Assembly: GCA_930987745.1 (NCBI GenBank)
Contig: CAKNKX010000003.1
Location: forward strand, 23,149-87,148
DNA from: an uncultured Clostridium sp.
GTDB taxonomy: Bacteria; Bacillota; Clostridia; TANB77; CAG-508
Direction: 5' to 3'
Length of the DNA stretch: 64,000 nt
The notes under the pieces are model-generated. The model was not told the origin of the DNA. It worked only from the letters and a program-made list of their open reading frames with translations, and did no database searches. The translations under genes and the position numbers were made by a program. Below, piece after piece: positions 1 through 9,248 of the stretch (the stretch's first letter is position 1; every line of letters begins with the position of its first letter).

Positions 1-1681
1 CATACTGTTCTAATCTTTTTTCTTTTATAGTCTCAGGTGTATCTTTTTCTGTAATTTCAAAATCATTTCTTATTGTAACCATATTTAATAGTATTGTTGG
101 AATATCATTTCTATCTATTCCTTGTTCTTCTAGCTTTTGGTACAACTCTACACAATATTCATTTTGTATTCTTTGTATTAAATTATTTCTTTCTTCAATT
201 GTAAATTCTTCTATTCCTATTTTTTGCCAGTCATATAATGCAAATATTGCTTCTGCATAGTATTCTTGTTTGGTTATTGTTTCATTTCTTTGTGCTTTGG
301 AAAATGTGGTACTCATTATATTTTTAATATTTGATAGCCCACCATTTTCAACTATTTCTATCTGTTCTTCCTCAGATAATTCTTTTATTTTATCTATTAC
401 TTTAATTTCTTCATTTCTTAAATCTAAAGAAACTGATTCACTTAATTTAACACCTCTATTACTTAGTCTTGTTATTATTTCTGGTTCTATTCTAAATCCA
501 TTATTTGATATATATTCAATGATTCCTTTATATTTTGGATTATTTTCAGTTATTTGTTCTAGTAGTTTTGTAAGTTCTTTTGCATTTGATTGTGATTTTG
601 CTAGATAAAACATATTTTTCACAATAGAATTTGCTTGTCCATATTCTACTTTTCCATCTGTTAAGTCATACATTTCTTCTATTGATATATTATCTCTTAC
701 ACTATATTCATTTAACAATGTACTGTTTTCTGGTATTTCTATACTTTTACCTTCATTTGCAAATCTAATTACTTCTCTTTTTAAATCTTCAATTACTTGT
801 TTGTCTTGTCCTTCTACTTGTTGTAATAAAGCAAAAATATCTACTATTTCTTTTGGTATATCTATTATTTCATCTTTTTCAATATCACCATAATGAATTA
901 ATTCTAATGATGAAAACGCATTTCCAACTGTTTGAACGAATAGATTGTTATTAGCAGTATGTGGAATTATTGGTTCCATGCCTCCTACTCTTTCAAGTAG
1001 AGTTAGTTTTGCAATTATTTTGTTTTTTTCTAATGATTGTTCTTCATTTAAAGCTTGATAACTACTTATTCTTGCAACTGGTGACCTATATGAGATTCCT
1101 TTTCTTGGTTTTGCTTTATTTGGGTCTAGTGGTTCTTTGCTATTATATCTTGTTTCTATCGCTTTTTTTATTTCATCTTCTGTTTTACTATTATCTATTT
1201 CATTTATTGTTTCTATAATTTTACTATCGTTACTTATAGAAGAAATATATTCATCTACTTTTTTAGATATTTCTTCTAACATATATTGTCCAGCATTTAT
1301 AACTTTTTCTCCTAATTCTTTTTTAGGTACTTTTACCATTACATATCTGTCTTTGTAAAATCCTCTTCCATAAGAAATAGACACATTACCATTGCTTGAA
1401 AGTGAAATACAATTTGTATCTTTCCTGTAATGCATCTTTATATGGTCATATACTTGCTCTAAACTTATTTTAGCATCTTTACTGTATTTTGGTGCTTCAT
1501 TTTCTGGATTTTCTTCATATCTTTCTCTATCTGTTCTTATTTTTTCAAAATTACCTGTTTTATCTAATATTAATCCTGTTTCTAAATCTTGATTATCTGC
1601 CATGTTTAAAGCACGAAAAAAGTAATAATTTTCTTCATCTTCAATTATATTAAAATTATCAATATCAAACACATTTTCCAT
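1..1681 (-). CDS. Large hypothetical protein, N-terminal ~560 aa only. The ORF runs off the left edge and is not in the supplied ORF track.
   Basis: Open minus-strand frame from ATG at 1681-1679 (MENVFDIDNFNIIEDEENYYFFRALNMADNQ...) down to position 1, with an AAGGAA-type SD upstream. No family recognised. A weak R / S-x-S pattern (YFFRAL ... CISLSSNG) is only speculatively ADP-ribosyltransferase-like. Confidence 0.6.
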   Translation of the reverse strand, partial: MENVFDIDNFNIIEDEENYYFFRALNMADNQDLETGLILDKTGNFEKIRTDRERYEENPENEAPKYSKDAKISLEQVYDHIKMHYRKDTNCISLSSNGNVSISYGRGFYKDRYVMVKVPKKELGEKVINAGQYMLEEISKKVDEYISSISNDSKIIETINEIDNSKTEDEIKKAIETRYNSKEPLDPNKAKPRKGISYRSPVARISSYQALNEEQSLEKNKIIAKLTLLERVGGMEPIIPHTANNNLFVQTVGNAFSSLELIHYGDIEKDEIIDIPKEIVDIFALLQQVEGQDKQVIEDLKREVIRFANEGKSIEIPENSTLLNEYSVRDNISIEEMYDLTDGKVEYGQANSIVKNMFYLAKSQSNAKELTKLLEQITENNPKYKGIIEYISNNGFRIEPEIITRLSNRGVKLSESVSLDLRNEEIKVIDKIKELSEEEQIEIVENGGLSNIKNIMSTTFSKAQRNETITKQEYYAEAIFALYDWQKIGIEEFTIEERNNLIQRIQNEYCVELYQKLEEQGIDRNDIPTILLNMVTIRNDFEITEKDTPETIKEKRLEQY

Positions 1682-1783
1682 TTTAATTATTCCTTTGTTT
1701 ATACTTTATCTATAAAATATTTTATCATATTAAGTCAAAATATAAAAGATTTTCTGCTCGTTTTTTCACTTTACTAAATATAT

Positions 1784-2656
1784 TTATCCATAACCATAAT
1801 CAATTTTATACTGCAAATCACTATCAGAATAATATTCTGTAATTGCATTATATAAACAACTAATTATAAAATTTGTACTATTATAAATTTGAGTATCTGG
1901 TTTCAAATAGTTCAATTTATCAAGGGCATAAAAAATAATAGAAGCATTTAATAATTGCATTCTACTTCTTACATTTTCTTTTGGTAAAATTGCTTTTCCT
2001 ATTTTCAACTCTTTAGAATAAAACATTATATCAAGTGCATTTTCTATAATATTTCGTTGTTTTTCATCAAATAAATATAATTCACATTTTTGTTTAATAT
2101 ATTCTAAATTTTCTTTCTCAATATCTGACTGACTAACATCAATATTATTATTTTTTTGTTTTATAATATATTTATTATTTATTCGTAAATTTTCTGTATT
2201 ACTAATCGGATGTTCTCCTTCAAAATAATCTCTTCTTCTTTGATTGTCCAATCGTATATATTCTGAATCCGTTTCCATATTATAATCACTAATTATATCA
2301 TTAGTTTCTATTTCTTCATGTTCTATCTTTCCTATATAAATTAAATTTGGTTTTCCAAATCCCTGTTTTTCTTCTTTAATTAGATTAGCATTTCTTAATT
2401 CTTTAAATGCCCTTGTTACTGGTTTATCACTTAAATTCAATTTATTTTGAATTTCTTTTCTAGTGTATATTAAATATATTTCTCCTTGATTATTTATCCA
2501 ATTATTTATTTTTGATAATTTCATTCTATTTAATAAAAATGAATAAATTACCTTAGCTTCTAAACTTAATTTTTTATATTTTTCATTATCAAATAATTCT
2601 TGTGGCATTTGATAAAAGCTATATTCCAATGTTTCATTTATTTTATATATTTTCAT
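1784..2656 (-). CDS. Replication initiator protein A, RepA_N family
   Basis: YSFYQMPQELFDNEKYKKLSLEAKVIYSFLLNRMKLS ... GKPNLIYI matches the RepA_N N-terminal signature of Firmicute plasmids and ICEs. Start placed at the ATG preceded by GGAGGTG; the TTG at 2671 in the ORF track lies inside that SD. Confidence 0.75.
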   Translation of the reverse strand: MKIYKINETLEYSFYQMPQELFDNEKYKKLSLEAKVIYSFLLNRMKLSKINNWINNQGEIYLIYTRKEIQNKLNLSDKPVTRAFKELRNANLIKEEKQGFGKPNLIYIGKIEHEEIETNDIISDYNMETDSEYIRLDNQRRRDYFEGEHPISNTENLRINNKYIIKQKNNNIDVSQSDIEKENLEYIKQKCELYLFDEKQRNIIENALDIMFYSKELKIGKAILPKENVRSRMQLLNASIIFYALDKLNYLKPDTQIYNSTNFIISCLYNAITEYYSDSDLQYKIDYGYG

Positions 2657-3608
2657 CTTCTTCACCTCCAATTGTTTCTCTATATTCTTTTAGTAACTCA
2701 TTTATCTTTTCTCTCGTTAGACTTTTATAATGACATTCTGGCAAATATTTAGTGATAGTTGTTTCATATTCTTCTAGTCCGAAAATATAGATATTTTTAT
2801 AATTTTCATTTTCTTTAAAATAGTAATGTAGTCTTGATAACTTTTCCATATTGATTAATGGCATTATTACAATATAATTATTATCATCTAACTTTAAATC
2901 AGCAAATTTAAAATCCGTAATCTCTACCTCATATAATTCTTTTAATCTATTATAAATACTTATTCTTATTTCATAATTATTTCTTATTAAAAATTTTCCA
3001 TATTCATTGTATGGTATTAAAATCGTGTAATTATTACCAAAGTAAAATCCTTTTTTATTCATAACTATTTTTTCAATATTATTTGTATATATCATTGCAT
3101 TTTTATATTCATGTTCTTTTCTAATATCATAATATATTGATTTTATATACTTATCATCTTTTCCTTCATAAATTGCATATACCAAAAACTCATCTTGTTC
3201 GTTGTATTCTAATTTTCCTATATATCTTCTTGAATGTGTTGTTGGTTCATCTTCCTTTTTCATATTCCAACTTGGTATAAAATTCAAGTTATCTTGTATT
3301 AGAGAACTTGCTATGTCACTTATAACTTTTAATCTTTCTATGTTATTTTCATTTCTACAATGATTCCTTACTTCAAGTTCGCCATCCAGTAAATATTCTT
3401 TTCCTTTAATTCCTAAAGTTATATATCTATGTTTTAACCTTCTAATATAATTGTGTTTTACCAAATTCACAATTCTTTTTTCTTGATATGTCTTTGTTTC
3501 ATAAATATATCTTGTATTATCTAATGATATTATTTTATATTTTCCTAAAAAAATTAATAATTCTATATCTCTACTTTGTAATCTTATTTCTTCTTTCATT
3601 TCAATCAC
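2643..3608 (-). CDS. Hypothetical protein, possibly replication-relaxation family (wHTH N-terminus)
   Basis: 321-aa ORF translationally coupled to the RepA_N gene. The N-terminus LQSRDIELLIFLGKYKIISLDN resembles the replication-relaxation (PF13814-type) start. Weak assignment. Confidence 0.4.
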   Translation of the reverse strand: MIEMKEEIRLQSRDIELLIFLGKYKIISLDNTRYIYETKTYQEKRIVNLVKHNYIRRLKHRYITLGIKGKEYLLDGELEVRNHCRNENNIERLKVISDIASSLIQDNLNFIPSWNMKKEDEPTTHSRRYIGKLEYNEQDEFLVYAIYEGKDDKYIKSIYYDIRKEHEYKNAMIYTNNIEKIVMNKKGFYFGNNYTILIPYNEYGKFLIRNNYEIRISIYNRLKELYEVEITDFKFADLKLDDNNYIVIMPLINMEKLSRLHYYFKENENYKNIYIFGLEEYETTITKYLPECHYKSLTREKINELLKEYRETIGGEEDENI

Positions 3609-3823
3609 CTCTTCCTAAAATTCCCCTTAATCATCCCCTAACATTTCATTAAATTATACTTTTGTAGAGGCAACATATTGTATATGTCACCTCTACTCTA
3701 GACAATTATTTTTATTAAAATATTTTTCTAATGCCTATTATTTGTGTACTTTTAGATATGAAATCACATGGCAAAATTTCTCTTTATTTTTTCTGTAAAA
3801 TCTTGCCATGTTTGTATATATTA

Positions 3824-4432
3824 TTATCTTATTCTTTTGTTAATTATTCTAGTTATCTCTTCTGCTGACAATACATATACTTCCGTATGTGGTTTGTCTG
3901 AATGATATCCTTGTACCATATAACAAGCACAATAAATATTATCATCTTTTATTACTTTTCCATTTATTAACCCATCATGAATTGGTTTTACGTTTCTGTT
4001 ATCTGTATCCCATATTTTCATATCATCATATATTTTTATAATTACCATTACAAATTTATCATAAAACATTCCTTTAAATTTGTTTGTAACTTTTGAAACA
4101 TTATATGTAATTTGTTTTTGAATATAATTTGCTCCCCTTTTTATAGATGGTATCTTTTCTGGAATATATATTTTTAAAATATCATCTTCTACTTTTGCTT
4201 TATAATCATAATCTATAAACTCCGTTCCCTTGTCGTCCATAAATTCTAACCACATATTTCTTTGTCTTACTGCATCATACATGTCCATTCTTGTTTTCTC
4301 TAATTTATAAAAATATTTTTCTAGTTCTTCATCTTTTATTTCTTCTTTCGCTTTTAATAATTTTTCACTTATATCCTTAATTTTTTCTATTGATTCTATA
4401 ATTTCTTCTTTTTTCATAAATATCACTCTCAC
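3824..4432 (-). CDS. Hypothetical protein with a RusA-like (Holliday junction resolvase) C-terminal motif
   Basis: WDTDNRNVKPIHDGLINGKVIKDDN resembles the RusA D-x-DN-x-x-K ... DD motif. The N-terminal half is a coiled coil. Start uncertain (4432 GTG or 4417 ATG). Confidence 0.35.
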   Translation of the reverse strand: MRVIFMKKEEIIESIEKIKDISEKLLKAKEEIKDEELEKYFYKLEKTRMDMYDAVRQRNMWLEFMDDKGTEFIDYDYKAKVEDDILKIYIPEKIPSIKRGANYIQKQITYNVSKVTNKFKGMFYDKFVMVIIKIYDDMKIWDTDNRNVKPIHDGLINGKVIKDDNIYCACYMVQGYHSDKPHTEVYVLSAEEITRIINKRIR

Positions 4433-4653
4433 TTTCTTTAATTTTTAGGTATAAAAATAGAAGGTACAAAATTAATTGTATCCCTCTAAATTGGTATTTT
4501 TTATCTACTTATTTTTCATTTATATTATTGTTAATATTATGTAAAAAAAATGTTAAAAATGTTAAAAATATAATTTTTTTTATAAAATATATAGACATTT
4601 TGATTAGAATTCTATATAATACATATAATAGTTTATATAGTGCTAATAAGGAA

Positions 4654-4745
4654 GGTGTTCTAATTGTTGAATGCTTATCCTTAGGTGTACTATCGCAATA
4701 GAATTCAAGGGTTTTCTATTTCTGGTGTTCTAATTGTTGAATGCT
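4654..4745. repeat. Two perfect 22-bp direct repeats, GGTGTTCTAATTGTTGAATGCT (4654-4675 and 4724-4745)
   Basis: Read directly from the sequence. They lie in the 330-bp gap immediately 3-prime of the SIR2-like gene stop. Confidence 0.9.
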
Positions 4746-4763
4746 ATGAATTAGAAAGCTCTT

Positions 4764-6335
4764 TTATTTTTTTCCATATTTTAAATAATCATATATTCTA
4801 ATTGCCCTTCTTAGATTACTCTTCAAACTATTATTATTACTTTCAAGTATGTTGTTATCTTTTTTGAAGATTGCTATTAATATTTGTTCTAAATCTTGTA
4901 CATCTATTTTATCTTCTTCTAGTTGTGCTATATCAAATAATGCATGTTCCCAATTGTTATTATATTCTTTCCATATTTCATTAACAGAATTATATTTCAT
5001 TCTATGTCTACTGTTTTTTATACTCTTACTTATAATGTTGTCAAAATTATTTTCTAATGCTATTTTTTCTAATTCTGCATATTCTTTCTTAGTTTCACAC
5101 AAATATTTATTTAAAGGTAATCTATTTGAATTTTGCTTTTGTAATTTTAATGCAATTTGTTCTAATATATCATCTGTGTTAAATCTTTTATCATTCATAA
5201 TTATATCTCTATACCACTCATTAGCCGAAAATCCTCTTAAGCCTTCAAATGCCACTTCTTGTATTTTACCTATTGCCATAACTAATTCATCATCTTTTAT
5301 TCGTTCATCTTCAATATTGCCAACTTTTATAGTATTAGTTGGTTCATTTGTTATAACAAAATTGTATAATTCATCTTTATAATATCTTAATATTTTAGCT
5401 GGAATTTTATTTTTCTTTTTAGATAACTCATTATATAATATAGAAAAATCATTCATTTTTACCTTTGTCATTTCTAAAACTTTTTCTTCCATTTTCATTG
5501 TATATTCACTTATTTCATATTCTTTTACATCTGTACTATACTCTATAAAAATAAATCTATTTTTTAATGTTGCAATTTTTTTAGTATCTAAACATTTAAT
5601 TATAGAACTTAAAATACTTTGTATATTTATATCACTTATTGAATATCCAATAAATATAATTGGATGTTCAATAAATATTGTCATCAATTTTGCAGCTAAA
5701 TAACTACTTTTATTTTCAAATTCTTTGTAGTCTTTACTATCTATAATTATACTTTTTGGTTCTTCTATTGTTCCATGAATTTTATAAATTTCTCCTATTC
5801 CTTGTATTCCTGAAAATATTAATTCATCTTGTCCCACATATCTCTTATATCCTTCAAAATTGTTTTCGAAAAAATCATCATAGTTTGTTGTTATAATACC
5901 TGATATACTTTTTATAGATAGTTTTTTTAATTTTTCTATTTCTTCTGTATATTCTGGCACAATATTAGATTGATTTTTTATGTACATTGCAATTTCTGCT
6001 TTAAATGGAGATACACTTTCATTTTTTACTTTATCAGAATAATATTTATCTAATGTTCTAATATCTTTTTTATTTTTAAACCATAAATCATTAAAATCTG
6101 TTTCTATTAACTCTGCAATTTTAGGATATAATGCATTTTCATTTTCTATCAATTCTCTTGCTCTATTTTCATATGATGCAAATGCAAATTCATCGCTTGA
6201 TATTTTGTTTATAAATATTTCTAATAATCCTTTCCAACTAGGTAAATTATAATATCTTCTTGTTATTCCTGATCCTACAAATAAAAATGGTGTTGTAGTA
6301 AAGCTATCTATTATTTCTTTCAAATTTTTATACAT
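4764..6335 (-). CDS. SIR2-like (SIR2_2 domain) protein with a helical C-terminal domain; candidate NAD-consuming defence effector
   Basis: FLFVGSGITRRY (Rossmann GxG), GIITTNYDDFFE, IYKIHGT (catalytic His) and IIFIGYSISDINI are in the order typical of the SIR2_2 family. 523 aa. No SLOG, TIR, HerA or pAgo partner is adjacent. Confidence 0.7.
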   Translation of the reverse strand: MYKNLKEIIDSFTTTPFLFVGSGITRRYYNLPSWKGLLEIFINKISSDEFAFASYENRARELIENENALYPKIAELIETDFNDLWFKNKKDIRTLDKYYSDKVKNESVSPFKAEIAMYIKNQSNIVPEYTEEIEKLKKLSIKSISGIITTNYDDFFENNFEGYKRYVGQDELIFSGIQGIGEIYKIHGTIEEPKSIIIDSKDYKEFENKSSYLAAKLMTIFIEHPIIFIGYSISDINIQSILSSIIKCLDTKKIATLKNRFIFIEYSTDVKEYEISEYTMKMEEKVLEMTKVKMNDFSILYNELSKKKNKIPAKILRYYKDELYNFVITNEPTNTIKVGNIEDERIKDDELVMAIGKIQEVAFEGLRGFSANEWYRDIIMNDKRFNTDDILEQIALKLQKQNSNRLPLNKYLCETKKEYAELEKIALENNFDNIISKSIKNSRHRMKYNSVNEIWKEYNNNWEHALFDIAQLEEDKIDVQDLEQILIAIFKKDNNILESNNNSLKSNLRRAIRIYDYLKYGKK

Positions 6336-6501
6336 CTATATCAGCTCCAATTCATTTTTTCATATTATATCATCGAAATAACAATTTTTAAATAAAATTA
6401 TAGAAATTTATTGTTTTTTACATTATTTTACAATATTCTTTTCAATTTGTATTTTAAAATGAAAAAGAGAACATTATATAAAATTCTCCCTTCTTTTTTG
6501 C

Positions 6502-6779
6502 CTATAATTCAACTTTACAAATCACATCATATTTAATTTCTTCCTTTATTGTATAACCTGTCCTATTCTGATTATTTGCTGTTATATAATCTTTTCTTAC
6601 TATTTTTCTGTCAAAATCAAACTTTGTATATTTATTCTCTATTAAGGCACAATTATAGAAGTTATTGTTCCTGTTTCTAAATCTGCGCATACGTCTTGAA
6701 CATAACCTAATCTTTTTCCATTAGTTATATTTATCACTTCTTTATGTTTAAAATCTAACCCTTTATCTTGCATTTTCAT
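6502..6779 (-). pseudogene. ylmC/ymxH-like PRC-barrel sporulation gene, apparently broken by a -1 frame change
   Basis: ATG 6779: MKMQDKGLDFKHKEVINITNGKRLGYVQDVCADLETGTITSIIVP, then TAA at 6642-6644. The expected C-terminal part (..KFDFDRK...YTIKEEIKYDVICKVEL) continues in the -1 frame (ORF 6502..6690). There is no CGG at this break. Confidence 0.45.
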
Positions 6780-6841
6780 TTTAGTGGTTTAAAACCACTA
6801 TCCTCCTTTTTATTTTCTTCTTATATTATATATATGTAAAA

Positions 6842-6887
6842 AATAGAAAACTATTAACAAAATATCGATATACTTTGTTAATAGTTT
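6842..6887 (-). terminator. Rho-independent terminator after the AIM24-like gene
   Basis: Perfect 14-bp inverted repeat AAACTATTAACAAA / TTTGTTAATAGTTT (6848-6861 / 6874-6887), followed on the minus strand by a T run. Confidence 0.6.
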
Positions 6888-6900
6888 ATAAAATTCATAT

Positions 6901-7584
6901 TTATTTTCCTGTTGGGATTATTGATGCAATTCTACCAGCAAAGTCCATAAAGTTTTGAGATTGTATTATTACTTTTCCTGGTCCTGTTAATCTTGTTAAA
7001 AACAATCCTTCTCCTCCTAAGAAGATATTTCCTAATCCTTTTACTGTTTCTATCTCATATGATACTGTTGGCTCAAATGCAACTACATTTCCTGTGTCTA
7101 CTTTTAACACTTCGCCTGGTGCTAATTCTTTTACTATTGGGTCTCCATCTATCTCTAAAAATAACATACCTCTTCCTGTTGCTTGTTGTAAAATAAATCC
7201 TTCTCCTCCAAATAAGCCTGCTGAAAATTTCTTTGTAAATTTAATTTTTAGCTCTACATCTTCTTCCGCACACAAAAAAGCTTTTTTCTGAAGCATTATT
7301 CCATTAGGAGTATTTGTCATATTTACTGGTATAATGTCTCCTGGTACTGTTGTTGCAAATGCGATTTTTGCACCATCTACTTCTGCTTCGTATGAACTCA
7401 TGAATATGGATTCTCCTGCAAACATTCTTCCTAAACTTTTCATTACTCCGCCTCTAGCATTTGTTTTCATCTTAATCCCTTGAGTTTGCCATGACATTCC
7501 TCCACTTTGGGTATACATACTTTCTCCTTGGTTTAATGTTGCTTCAATTACTGGCACAGTTTTTCCTAAAATTTCATACTTCAT
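6901..7584 (-). CDS. AIM24 / DUF124 (TIGR00266) family protein
   Basis: 227 aa. MKYEILG...QGESMYTQSGGMSWQ...GESIFMSSY...GEGFILQQATGRGMLFLEIDG is typical of the family. Confidence 0.7.
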   Translation of the reverse strand: MKYEILGKTVPVIEATLNQGESMYTQSGGMSWQTQGIKMKTNARGGVMKSLGRMFAGESIFMSSYEAEVDGAKIAFATTVPGDIIPVNMTNTPNGIMLQKKAFLCAEEDVELKIKFTKKFSAGLFGGEGFILQQATGRGMLFLEIDGDPIVKELAPGEVLKVDTGNVVAFEPTVSYEIETVKGLGNIFLGGEGLFLTRLTGPGKVIIQSQNFMDFAGRIASIIPTGK

Positions 7585-7656
7585 ATTTTATTCCCCCTAT
7601 TTTCATTTCCTATATTATATATTTTATTTCATTTTTTGTATAGTATTTTTACATAT

Positions 7657-8430
7657 TTATTTATACCATCTTTTTATATGACTTATTGCACTTTTTTCTA
7701 ATCTAGATACTTGTGCCTGTGATATTCCAATTTCGTCTGCAACTTCCATTTGTGTTTTCCCATCAAAAAATCTCTTTACAACTATATTTTTTTCTTTTTC
7801 GTTTAATTTTTTCAAAGCCCCTTCAATCGCCATTTTTTCTATCCATAACTCATCTGTATTTTTACTATCTTTTACTTGGTCCATCAAAAATATACTTTCA
7901 GCTCCGTCATTATATACAGGCTCTTGGAGAGATACAGGGTCTTGTATTGCATCTAAACTAAATGCTATTTCTTCTTTTTCGACATTTAACTCTTTTGCAA
8001 TTTCTTCTATTGTGGGCTCTCTTCCTTTTTCCTTTGTCATTTTTTCTTTTGTTTGAATTGCTTTATATGCCAAATCTCTTACAGACCTACTTACTCTTAT
8101 ACTATTATTATCTCTTAAGTATCTTTTTACTTCTCCTACTATCATAGGAACTGCATATGTGCTAAATTGTACATTTTGGTTTAAATCAAAATTGTCTATT
8201 GCTTTTATTAATCCAACACATCCTACCTGAAATAAATCATCTGCTGTTTCTCCTCTTCCATAAAATCTTTGTATAACACTTAGTACTAATCTTAGATTTC
8301 CGTTTATAAATGTATTTCTTGCTTCTTCATCTCCTTCATTTATTTTTACTAATAGTTCTTCTTTTTCTTGTTTTGACAGTAGTGGTAACTTTGATGTGTT
8401 TACGCCACAAATTTCTACTTTGTTTAACAA
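7657..8430 (-). CDS. sigG: Sporulation sigma factor SigG (forespore)
   Basis: Sigma-70 regions 2-4 are present (FSTYAVPMIVGEVKRYLRD, ISQAQVSRLEK). It sits immediately after sigE in the conserved spoIIGA-sigE-sigG order. TTG start with an AGGAGG SD. Confidence 0.85.
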   Translation of the reverse strand: MLNKVEICGVNTSKLPLLSKQEKEELLVKINEGDEEARNTFINGNLRLVLSVIQRFYGRGETADDLFQVGCVGLIKAIDNFDLNQNVQFSTYAVPMIVGEVKRYLRDNNSIRVSRSVRDLAYKAIQTKEKMTKEKGREPTIEEIAKELNVEKEEIAFSLDAIQDPVSLQEPVYNDGAESIFLMDQVKDSKNTDELWIEKMAIEGALKKLNEKEKNIVVKRFFDGKTQMEVADEIGISQAQVSRLEKSAISHIKRWYK

Positions 8431-8434
8431 AAGA

Positions 8435-8485
8435 AAAACCTCCTTTAGAAATACTTACTTTAAGTATTTCCAAATAGAGGTTTTT
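8435..8485 (-). promoter_or_regulatory. Nested hairpin between sigE and sigG that includes the sigG Shine-Dalgarno sequence (terminator and/or RBS sequestration)
   Basis: Inner perfect 10-bp stem GAAATACTTA / TAAGTATTTC, plus an outer stem AAACCTC / GAGGTTT whose minus-strand arm is the AGGAGG SD of sigG. Confidence 0.6.
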
Positions 8486-8494
8486 TATTCTTTT

Positions 8495-9233
8495 TTATCC
8501 AATCTTACTATTTATCTCTTTTTTCATTTTGTTAATAATTTTTTTCTCTAACCTTGATATGTAACTTTGCGAAATTCCGAAGTTCATCTGCAACTTCTTT
8601 TTGTGTCTTTTCTTTTCCGCTCTTAAAGCCAAATCTCATCTCCATTATATCTTTTTCTCTGTGATTTAATTTTTCAATAGATGCTCGAAGTAATGTTTTA
8701 TCGACCTCATCTTCTAAGTTTCTGGATGTTACATCTGCATCTGTTCCTAATATGTCAGATAAAAGTAATTCATTTCCATCACCATCTTTGTTTAATGGTT
8801 CATCTATTGATATTTCTCCTTTAATCTTATTACTTTTTCTCAAAAACATTAATATTTCATTTTCAATACACCTTGATGCATATGTTGCAAGTTTTATGTT
8901 TTTATCTGAATTAAATGTATTTACTCCTTTCATTAAACCAATAGTTCCAATAGATATTAAGTCTTCTATTCCTATTCCTGTGTTTTCAAACTTTTTCGCA
9001 ATATATACTACTAATCTTAAATTTCTTTCTACTAATTTTTGTCTTGCTTCTAAATTATCTTCTTCTGATAATTTTTCTATCAGCTTTGCTTCTTCTTCTG
9101 GTGATAATGGTGGTGGCAATGTTTGACTTCCCGCAATATAAAATATTGGAAGATATTCTATTTCCTCATTTTCGCCTATGTATTTTGCATAAATACTACT
9201 TATACTATTTTTTACTATGTCTAGTATTTTCAT
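8495..9233 (-). CDS. sigE: Sporulation sigma factor SigE (pro-sigma-E). Needs a +1 shift at the in-frame CGG 8577-8579.
   Basis: Regions 2-4 are present. The zero frame gives [19 protein letters not shown] then a stop. Skipping the C gives [31 protein letters not shown], the canonical region 4.2, ending at TAA 8495-8497. Confidence 0.8.
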
Positions 9234-9248
9234 TTATATCACCTTCCT

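Larger units (their letters stand above)
1..6400. mobile_element. Plasmid-like or integrated foreign segment (partial; left end outside the window, right boundary unresolved between about 6336 and 6455)
   Basis: Holds a RepA_N initiator, a replication-relaxation-like gene, a RusA-like gene and a SIR2-like gene. Host sporulation and division genes, with their own terminator, start at about 6455. No integrase or att site was seen in the window. Confidence 0.4.

Noticed and set aside
4654-4745. The 22-bp direct repeats as a CRISPR array
   Set aside because: There are only two copies with a single 48-bp spacer, no further repeats and no cas genes in the window.
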